DNA of 21,794 nucleotides. It comes from Ginkgo biloba. Lineage: Eukaryota > Plantae > Ginkgophyta. Shown one piece after another: positions 1 through 9,830 of the stretch. The stretch lies in contig JANKJI020000002.1 in NCBI GenBank assembly GCA_024626585.2, positions 39,496,262-39,518,055 on the forward strand. Direction: 5' to 3'. A program made the translations under genes and the position numbers. How positions within the stretch are numbered: position 1 is the stretch's first letter; every line of letters begins with the position of its first letter. Below the pieces are notes generated by a model, which was not told the origin of the DNA, searched no databases, and worked only from the letters and a program-made list of their open reading frames with translations.

Positions 1-249
1 ATAGTAAAGTTGAATGTAGGCCATGGGACATATATGTTAAGATTTGTAATTGAAGAATACAACTCTGAAATCCATTTTGTGATATTCAATATTTTAAAAA
101 TGGTTACCTTTGAAAAGATTACAAAATATCATGATATATTATAAGGATATCTTAGTTATTTGGATTCTTCTTATTCTCTAGTTATACCTTAATAATAAAT
201 ACCTTATGATTTATGTTATTCAGCACTAAGAAATAATTTACAACTCCAA

Positions 250-560
250 TATTTCAATACTAAGTGATAGCTTGCAAGTATAGTATTGCATTTTCCAAGC
301 ACTAACTTATGATTCTTATTCTTCCTTTATAAGTGATAGGTTGTAATTCCATCTACAAAAATAAGTATATCCTTGTATAAGGTAGAATTTATTTACACTC
401 TAATTTCTCAATCTCATATTAAGGATCTCAAGCTCTATAATTGTGGACATTACTTTGACCTCTCTTTATGTAGTAAATAACTACAAAGTACATCATCAAT
501 AAAAGTGTCTTTTATATGATTATTTCCTATGAATGTGAATTCTATTTAAATTAATATGCT
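250..560 (-). pseudogene. Highly degenerate retrotransposon aspartic protease remnant
   Basis: Minus strand reads NHIKDTFIDD (compare ..KRTLIDxGS) near 490-520 and CNTILASYHLVLKY (compare ..AVPSTYHQCLKF) near 250-290. It lies downstream of the gag knuckle, as expected. Confidence 0.45.
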
Positions 561-1439
561 TCCATTATACATATTATGGTTTTTATATCATATTTTAGGT
601 ATTATCCCAAGAATAAAGTGTATATATACTAGGATTGATATGGGAAAAAAACTAAGGACTTATAATAATATTATGGTTTTATTAAGATAGTAGAACCTCA
701 ATACAAAAATATACCTTTATACTTTATAATGACCTAGGTGGACCATAATTTGAATAATTTAGATGAAACAATAAACTTCTTAATAAGAGTGGATGGATCA
801 AATATAATAAATCATTAAGAGGTATTTTTACCATGTTCAAAATATTCAACAACCATGTTTCTTAGTCAAGATGTATTTTAAGAAGTTGAAGAATGGAAAT
901 GGTGGAAGGAGCATTGGACTAATCTTTGGTAATGTCAAAATTAAAATTGAGGCTTGTTTATTTTTTATAATAAAGGGGTATCATGACTTGCAACCTAGGA
1001 AGTTATATTAGGAATAATGATTAGACCTAAAGATACATAAGTTACCACCAAATTGATTCATACGTAAGTTTGAGAGAGTTAGATCCTCCTTGTCTTTTCA
1101 AGATATTGCTCTAGTGGTGATCATAAATTCATATTCAATACCCACACATAGAATATTAATGGAATAATAAGGATTAGTTCTAGCTATTTTATGAATAATG
1201 GAGGGAGTAGAACTATAAGGAGGATAATATAAAATCCAGACAGTAGTTTGTATCCATGATATGGTAATGGATGGTAGATTATACGGTTATTATAGGGTTG
1301 GTGGAGGATACATTATAAGAACAAGTGGATGAGATGCCTTACAATTTGGGTTGATAAATAAGTGGGAAAATACTCTTTTGAAATATTAGCTGTGATTATA
1401 TGGTATTCCATATACTTAAGATCCTTAGTCCAAGACTTA

Positions 1440-2520
1440 TTTATTATCATGAGTATTAATTTTACAATAGGCACACCACATTTCAGGTTGGTTGGTGTTG
1501 TATTGGTTTTGGTTTTATCTTTAACCTTTATTATTGTTATAGAATCTATGATAGTTCCCCCTATTTTTATTTCTCTTACTATTTTTATTTATATTATATT
1601 TTTCATTATTGAGAGGATTGGTGGAATAGGAATTCTCACAGTTAATGACTAGATTGACTTTGGAGCACTATGACTATTCTTGAGTGATATAAGTAACTTT
1701 CCCTAAGATATCATATTTATAAGGTTAAGGTGTATTTATTTGAGGATTAGGGTGCAAACGTAGATATGTGACCCCATATCCAACCAAATAGGTACCTTAT
1801 TGAGGTGAATTACTATGTGGTATATAGTTGAGTAACAATAACATACTCAATAAGGTACCCAAATCAAATTATCTCATGAAAATATCTAAGAGAAAGGATT
1901 ATTAATTAAGTATCATATTATTCATCTATTACACACTTATCAATAAAATAAAAGGCATATTAAAGAATAAGGATCTCCATAAACCATATACTAGTATATT
2001 TAGGATCTATTATGGACATTTGTCCCTAGCTACTTCATAATGCTTGATATGTTGGGTGATTAAGATTTTATAGTCTTGAGTCATTATGATAAGAATATTG
2101 GTGGAATCGGCATAGGGGACATAAATATTAAGTTTATAAAGAAATTTATCACTTAATTGATCTCAAAAAAGAGATGGACTAATGGTATAAATAGGTAANN
2201 NNNNNNNNNNNNNNNNNNNNNNNNNNNNNNNNNNNNNNNNNNNNNNNNNNNNNNNNNNNNNNNNNNNNNNNNNNNNNNNNNNNNNNNNNNNNNNNNNNNN
2301 NNNNNNNNNNNNNNNNNNNNNNNNNNNNNNNNNNNNNNNNNNNNNNNNNNNNNNNNNNNNNNNNNNNNNNNNNNNNNNNNNNNNNNNNNNNNNNNTGACC
2401 ATTTATTAAAGATATGGTTATGGATGTTTCAAAACCTTCTAAAAAAAGAAAGCATGATCCTTATTAAACTTGGGAGGGTTGGAAAGGCAAATTTCTCAAA
2501 CTCCCACTAAGAGGATTTGG
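1440..2520 (-). pseudogene. gag: Degenerate gag (capsid-like region plus CCHC zinc knuckle)
   Basis: From 2198 downward the minus strand reads LPIYTISPSLF*DQLSDKFLYKLNIYVPYADSTNILIIMTQDYKILITQHIKHYEVARDKCP, matching the retrotransposon Gag pattern LP..SI.SW.QL...F..........L..M.Q...E....YI.R. At 1449-1478 it reads WCAYCKINTH (CX2CX4H; last Cys lost). Spans an N gap at 2199-2395. Confidence 0.7.
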
Positions 2521-4410
2521 TATGGTTGATAATACGATATTTAGATATATGTATTAAATGGAATAAACTCATATCTATATGGATTATTGATAGGATAATT
2601 CCCATAGGGATTGTATAAAATATTCTTGTAAGGGAGGAATGGTTTTTTTATTGGCTTGTTGCATGATGGATTGGTTTGAACTATAAAAATATTAACATAT
2701 AGTGATGGTGTTTCTCCAATATATGGATATTTTGGTTTAATATATAGTAAATCTTTTTTCACATTCATGTAAGGAACAAATTGGCTAAAATATGGATTGG
2801 ATGGTTATGAAATACCTAGTATAGAAGGTATAATCCTCAATGGGATGGGTTATTGGAAACTTATGAAAGATAATTTACCACCTAATAGATAATAAGATGT
2901 TTGGTTTATCATGTATTAAATATTTCCAATATGCATACTACATGGTCGATTCACAAATAAAGGAATATTCCTTGATGGTAAAATGTATGGATTATTTATA
3001 GAGGGAGCTTCATTCTCGTATGGAAAAAATGGAGGAGTAGGCCTAAAAAATGGAATGGAAGGGTTTCCTATAAATAAATAAGGATTCTGATAGAAGTATG
3101 AAGTGTAACACCAGTGGAATAATCAAAACCAAAAGAGGAATCCATATTCACATATGGTAGTGGGATGGATTATGGAATGGTTACTTGTGTTTGAATGAAA
3201 AAAATCTATGTATTAGGTGGTAAAATGATGGATAAAGGGATGTCAAAAAATAATTGATATAATTATAAAAAAATGGATAATAGTTGTGAATATATTAGAT
3301 TTTTTATGTTTCCTTATGTAGTCATAGACCCATAAATAATAGGATAAGAGAATTATAGTAAAATTAACCTTAAATATGGAATGTTAGAATACCTAAAAGA
3401 ATGTATACAAATGGTGTTCATTCCTTGAGAAAGAAAAAGGGAAGTGGGAATANNNNNNNNNNNNNNNNNNNNNNNNNNNNNNNNNNNNNNNNNNNNNNNN
3501 NNNNNNNNNNNNNNNNNNNNNNNNNNNNTAATGCATAGAGGAATACTCCCCTTTAGGAAAAGATGTGGAAGTGGATGTAGTATGGCCAAAAGGTTTCAAA
3601 TATTGAAATAGATTAGGGAATAAGACACAAATAAAGTTCTTAGTAGATGAAATTTAATACCATATTATTATCTTAGGAAGTATGATTAAAACGGTTATAT
3701 AGGATTCTCCCAATGTTGTTCGTGAAGTGTAATCATACAAAGGATTATGAAATTCCTTGCCAAAGGTGATTTCCATAAGATGAAATTAGGATAAATAATA
3801 CTCGTAGATTAAGAAACTTACCTAGATAAAACCTTCCATCTTAAGATACTAAATATATCTATAGAGAAAAATATCTCCTTTTTGTAATCCTAGCTAGAGC
3901 ATTTTTCTTAAAATCCTTAAAAGATGCAAGATTATATCAAATAATCCAACATAGTCCTACATCACCTCTGTAGGTTGTTTGTATCCCTAAAAAAGTTACT
4001 CTATTTGATGAAAATCCTCAAGATGAGGTGCCTTATCTTGAAGATAAAGTCTAAATTTTAGGATGTGAATATAATCTCTAGTAATGCATCGCTTTCTATA
4101 ATAGATAAAATAAGATAACTAGACAAAGACCAAAATATTTTTTTATGGAGAAAATCCTTTTAGGATAAAATAATATTTTTTTATCTTTTTTAGTGGATTA
4201 AGAAATTTTATAGATTCTAGTGTTTTAGGAAAGAGAGATTGTTTCTTCTCTGTGTAGTAATAAAATTCATCTCCTTTATTTTCTTGTTATATTATTTATT
4301 CTTTGGTTTGGTATGTTCCTCCTTATCCCTTCTCTATGTTCTATTCTATTCTTTTTTATATTCTATCACTTAGAATTCCTTTTTTAAAAAACTGCCAAGG
4401 AGAATCTTAA

Positions 4411-6085
4411 TGTTTGGGATGCCCNNNNNNNNNNNNNNNNNNNNNNNNNNNNNNNNNNNNNNNNNNNNNNNNNNNNNNNNNNNNNNNNNNNNNNNNNNNN
4501 NNNNNNNNNNNNNNNNNNNNNNNNCAACATGCTCATTAACCATGTTTTTAATGGTATTGCATGGTCTAAGGCCTCTTTAAGTGATAATTATGATTAGTTT
4601 TAACCTTCAAAATCATCCTCTATTAATGGAATTAATCCTCTCATATTTCCACTTCTCATAATTTTCTCATCTATTATAAATAATAATTATTGGTGGTTTA
4701 TTCACCCTTATTTAATAACTCTATATATGATAATGTATTTAATTGGTGGACTCTATAACCATGAGCTCATCATTAGTGGTAGATAATATGGTTAAAATAA
4801 TATAAATAGAAAATATAACTTCTATGTCCATACATTATTTTTTAATCCTAAGTTAAATTTATTAAACCAACTCTACTATAATTTTATGAATTACATGAAG
4901 TGTAAATCATCCAATTGGTTATCCTTTCATCCCTAACTCCTTAGGAAATCTAAAAATTTAGATCATGGATGTCAATAAGGGAGAATTAAGAGAAATAACA
5001 AGAATGGAAGGGTTCACATACCTTAAAGAGTAAATATCTACATCCTCATGCTCACTAATAATATTAACCTATCAAAATCACTATCATCAAAATCCATGGT
5101 TAATATTTTAAAGACTTAGTCTAGGTTTCCTCTAGGAGGGATATCTTTAATACATCTAGGAAACCATTTAGGAATTCCTAAATGCTTTTATAATTGACAC
5201 TTGTAAACAATAATAGATAAGAGTCTAATTGGGCATGATTTTCATAAACTTAGGAAGCAAAACTCATAAAATGATAGTATAGAAAAGGTTTCATGAAAAA
5301 GGAAAAATGTTGTCATGCTAATATGAAAACTTACTTCATAGGTAGGATAACATATTGCATATATGGAACATAGGTTGTTCCTTGAGTAAAAGGCATCACA
5401 TAGATGGTGTCTTAATAGACTGAATTTAGACATAATGGACAATACAAGATAATATCTAATAAGGAAAATAAAAGGACAAAGAAAGTAGGTAAAATGTATC
5501 CAATGGGGATTGTATTATTTCAAATTTGTTTGAATAAAATGGTTTCATCTTTTCATTTTTTAATGAAAAATCTAATAGAAGTGATGACTTCCTTATAAAA
5601 CTAGCACACAAATTAGTTATACATAAGGAGGCTAGGACCCACAAAAGGAGAGGGAAACTACTTCTATATACCTCTTAAGTTAATAAGGACATAGGGTATC
5701 CTGGATAAAAGTGTGGGGAATCAATTTCTACTACTCCTCTAAGTACAATAAATACCTTATTTGGAGAATCCAACACTCAAGGAAGGAAATCTATAAACTA
5801 ATATTGATGTACCAAATTACATAAAGTAATATATAGGAAGGAGTATTATCTTGAAGTAATTATCCCTAAGGTACCCAATCCTTAACCTGTGAGTACTTTC
5901 CTATAATAATATTATATAATCTATATTTTTACCCCTATTGATTATAGGGTCTAAAAACACTCCCATCCAAATCCTAAATTAGCCTAAAATTCTATGTTTG
6001 ATATTAGTTTGATAATTAAATGGTTAAAGGAATAAATACTACTCTTAAAATATTGGTGTACCCATAAAAGAAAAACTTGTCATCA
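4411..6085 (-). repeat. Candidate LTR (~1.7 kb), no partner copy in the window
   Basis: Minus strand begins TGATG (6085) and ends AAACA (4411). There is a TATA-like GGTATATAGAAG followed by a pyrimidine tract near 5645-5672. It is non-coding and sits directly upstream of the gag-bearing region. It contains a 100-N gap (4425-4524), so continuity is unproven. Confidence 0.35.
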
Positions 6086-6616
6086 ACTAGGCTCCTTTTA
6101 TTAATATTTTTAAGATGACTTATTAAAGGTTTGGGATGGGATAAAATGTGTGTTGCCTAACTATTGAAAAAATATTTTTTTTTAAAATGAGTGAACTTAT
6201 AAAATAAAATTTATTGAACAAAGAATTAAAAAATAAAAATAAATTACAAAATACTTTAAAATTTATAATAAAATCTAAATAGAATACAAAATAGTTAGGT
6301 TGACTATACAATAATAAGGAGCAAAAATTCTACAAAATAGAAAAAAATTGAGATTGAAGGAAAAGAATTATANNNNNNNNNNNNNNNNNNNNNNNNNNNN
6401 NNNNNNNNNNNNNNNNNNNNNNNNNNNNNNNNNNNNNNNNNNNNNNNNNNNNNNNNNNNNNNNNNNNNNNNNNNNNNNNNNNNNNNNNNNNNNNNNNNNN
6501 NNNNNNNNNNNNNNNNNNNNNNNNNNNNNNNNNNNNNNNNNNNNNNNNNNNNNNNNNNNNNNNNNNNNNNNNNNNNNNNNNNNNNNNNNNNNNNNNNNNN
6601 NNNNNNNNNNNNNNNN

Positions 6617-7861
6617 GGAAAACAACATGGTCTACGAAATTATGTCATGGTCCCTATTATAGTTGTGAATTATATTATGGTAGTTGTGAATTACATGATT
6701 ATGACTAGGTGAAAGTTACTAAATACATAACATAACACAAATAAATGAGTCTTAGATTAGGGTCCTTATTCAAGTGGATTAATATCTCTTTGGATGATAT
6801 TTCTCCCTATGTGGATTGAACTACATCTCCTTGATTAAAGTTCAAACCTACGATATGAATTCAATAAGAGATGTAATATAATATTTGCTCTAAATAAATT
6901 ATGTTAGCGTTCACACCAAGATGCATTCACATAAGGAAAAAGATAAAAATTTAAGAAGAAACATGGAAATAAAACAAAATGATATTTTTACATGAAAAAT
7001 ATTTTATTTAAATAAGTACAAGGTGGAAAAATATGAAGATGACATCACCAAGTAGGGATCATACTATGGATGAAATGCTCCCACTCTTTCCTCCCTCTAA
7101 TATAATTCCCATGTGAGAAGTAGATATTCCTCAATGATTATGAGGATATCAAAACCTAAGATAATTATCATGGATAGTATTATGTTATAATATCCTTCCC
7201 AAGTGATCAAATTCTAAATTAAATAGAGATGTTATATGATATTTTTTAAGCCTTGAGAAAATTCCTCTAATATGATAAGACAATGATAATTTTATACATG
7301 GAAGTGATCTAGATATATATAATAAAATGGAATCATAACCCTAACCATATTGGAATAAAATAATATACCATAAAATTGTATCTCATATCCATGATAATAT
7401 TACATGTTTCATGAGCCTACTTGTCATGTAATGATAACATCACATTCCTCTATAACCAATTCTAGGTGATGTGTAACATGAATGAGCCAATGAAACATAA
7501 TAAGATAAAAATAATATATGTCCCATAGTGTAAAAATACCATGTGTAAAGATAAAATATGATGTAAGTGGGCAACATAATTAAGTACCCATAGGAATAAA
7601 AGACCATGTGAAGGATGGTAAGGTAAATACATGTGATTAATATAAAAATAATATGTGAACATAAGATGGCATCTATGAATGAAGGAATAGAACATAATAT
7701 GATATAAATATTAATAAATATGGTATAAATGATGCATCAATGAGCTCAAATATGTGGGAAATATGTAATTAATTCATAATGAGTCTCTAAATGTACGTAA
7801 GAATACTTGAAAATTCCCAAATTAGTGGTGTAAATTCAAGGATGTAATTTTGGGTGATAAA
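6617..7861 (-). repeat. Possible LTR-like non-coding segment abutting the truncated pol
   Basis: No coding signature. Minus-strand TATA-like TTATATATAT near 7314-7323. Pol-like translation begins abruptly at about 7861. The left end lies in an N gap and no TG..CA pair or TSD can be shown. Confidence 0.25.
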
Positions 7862-8590
7862 ATTATTGGACCTATGATGAAAGGAAAGGCATGGATCCCT
7901 ATGTGGTTGTCTATAATATCATAATCCAGTTAGGTACTAGTACCCTCCATATAAAATAATTCCTAGTTAATCCCAAGTTACATACAATAATAAAGCAATA
8001 AGTTCATAAACTAATCCAGGCCCATCATTAATATGTCATTGACTATATTTATTGGGTTTCAAATATTATCTCTTTTCTCAAGAAAATTGTTTATTTTGTA
8101 TATGTTTCAATTTTTAAAATTTGAAAGGCTCCTATGCAAAGTACAACTTATAGTTACATTTTATTGACAATGTAATTGACCAAGTAGTTTCTTATGCCAT
8201 AATGTTTCTTATGGATACTTATTAGGCTATAATCAAATTTTACTCATTATAGTTAATAATACAAAACATATTTCACTACATCCTAAGGTAATTTTAGTTA
8301 TAAGGTAATTCATTTTAGTTTTATTAATTATAAATCCATACATTAATAAGCCATGATTATAAATTTTCATTACATCTTTGGATCCACTGACCTAATTATA
8401 GACTTAAGAAGTATTTTTTAAAGGTTTTACCTTTACCATATCTACTAAAATATGCTTAAATGTGTGTTCAACATCACCTCTAGTAGATTGTTAGGTTTTC
8501 TTATTTTGAAATAAGGTATTCATATCAACGTTAAGAAAATTAAACTAATTCTTGAGATTCCAACTCCTAGTTCATAGAAGACTATTGATG
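7861..8590 (+). pseudogene. pol: Degenerate Ty3/gypsy (Tat/Athila-type) reverse transcriptase
   Basis: Across frameshifts: WTYDERKGMDPYVVVYNI (compare AWSYDDMxGLDPxxVxHxI), VNPKLHTIIKQ*VHKL, IDYIYWVSNII, LHFIDNVIDQVVSYAIMFLMD..GYNQI, YKTYFTTS*GNFSYKVIHF (compare KTAFTTPWGTFCYxVMPFG), KCVFNITSSRLLGFLI..GIHINVKKIKLILEIPTP. Confidence 0.9.
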
Positions 8591-8636
8591 CTTCTCATTC
8601 TTAGCCTTGGTTATAATGATTTGTGTNNNNNNNNNN

Positions 8637-8930
8637 AATCTTACATAAAATAAAATAAAAATATTTGGAAAATTGGACATTTAACATATTTTATCCAGTG
8701 ATTTATCAACTTATTAATATCTCTTAACAAACTAGTCGAGAAAAATACTAAGTTTATATTAGAATACCTATCCCAATGGGATTTTATATCCTTATCCTCA
8801 CATAAGTGCTAGAAATTATGGTCCTATCTATTATATAAATAATAAATTACTAGAATATAGGCTCAAATACACTCTTATTAAGAAATAGTGTCTATCTCTA
8901 GTTTTTCCACTAATAAATTGAGACAATACC
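8637..8930 (+). pseudogene. pol: RT connection and gypsy RNase H remnant
   Basis: SLNKLVEKNTKFI (compare xLLKKxxKFxW) near 8720-8760. GPIYYINNKLLEYRLKYTLIKK*CLSLVF then NKLRQY (compare RPIYYISRTLxxYExRYxxIEKxCLALVFAxQKLRHY) at about 8820-8930. Confidence 0.8.
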
Positions 8931-9029
8931 CATCCTTCTTGAGGTAGTATTTTATATCCTTATAATTGATTAGATCGGAATGATTAGACTACTGTAATAT
9001 ATATGAGGTATGATATTTGTATTTATCCT

Positions 9030-9830
9030 CCATTTTGTTATATGAATTTTCAAAATATAGTTTAGACTAGGATGTGTTTCCTTTATTATTAGTTGATGAC
9101 TAGGATAGGCCACACTATCTTCCATTATCATTAAATCCTTTTCTTGGTTGATTTTAATTTATCCATCATTGATTATGGTGGAAATTATTTTATCTTGTGG
9201 AATATATTGAATTATTGTTGTATCCTTTAAGACCATATATTCCAATCCATTCATAAATTAATCACCAATTATATAATTAGTATTGTAGTAATAATAATCT
9301 TAATGTATAAGCACCTTCCTCTAATTTAGGATCCCTCTATAAGATTCATGTAGAAATATATTCTGATAAGTAGAGATAATTATTTTACTTGCATCACTTC
9401 ATCCACCTCTTGGTCCATATAATTCATGAAATTAGTGATAAGAAATTCATATATAAACACTTAGATGTCTTTATATTCTAGTATCATCCTCCTCATATTG
9501 ATCTTCATTGTGAAATGCCCTTATCACTTGATGAAAAGTGTTTAACTCCCTTACCTTTTGGCCAAATATTGTATAAATATTTTAAATAATTATCTCTAAT
9601 TTATAAAGATCATACTCATCTCTCAATAGTCTAAAATAGGTCAAAAATACCTAAACTATTTCATCCTATTGGGAGATAAAAAATTAGTTTATAGCTACTA
9701 AAAAGGATAATAATTAAGCATCTTGATATTATCATTCTCCTATATAGAGAGATGATCTATGATGTGGAATTATATAGAGAAATTACATATCCAATTCTAA
9801 TTTGTTACCACACTTAGATGAAATATTTGG
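9030..9830 (+). pseudogene. Probable very decayed additional RNase H (Tat aRH) and pre-integrase linker
   Basis: Fragments in expected order: LLYEF (about 9034; compare LLxEFD), a VD..L.*ATL remnant (about 9090-9117; compare IADQLAEAPL), CSNN (about 9284; compare CTNNxAEYEA), KIHVEIYSD (about 9340-9366; compare IxxLxVYGDS), ELYR..ILIC (about 9768-9806; compare LYRRxxDxxLLRC). Several indels must be assumed. Confidence 0.4.

Larger units (their letters stand above)
250..4400 (-). mobile_element. Decayed Ty3/gypsy (Tat-like) LTR retrotransposon internal region: gag to protease, probably continuing past the left window edge
   Basis: Minus-strand translation gives, in order, a Pro-rich segment (about 2520-3450), PKFNK (about 2462-2476), a capsid-like stretch (about 2012-2198), a zinc knuckle (1449-1478) and protease-like remnants (about 250-560). 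This is gag-PR order. Many stops and frameshifts; boundaries approximate. Confidence 0.7.

Noticed and set aside
1362-1652. 96-aa hydrophobic ORF resembling a membrane protein
   Set aside because: It is the antisense shadow of the N/K/Q-rich gag segment and zinc knuckle on the minus strand, and starts at GTG.
6660-6693. TAGTTGTGAATTA repeated twice with 21-bp period
   Set aside because: Only two copies; an ordinary local micro-duplication.
5242-7695. Short F/L/I/Y/H-rich minus-strand ORFs (5242, 5456, 6123, 7462)
   Set aside because: Composition is what random AT-rich DNA gives; they have no motifs and lie in non-coding LTR-like sequence.
250-9830. Joining the left gag-protease and the pol at 7861 into one element
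   Set aside because: They are on opposite strands and point away from each other, so they are separate copies.
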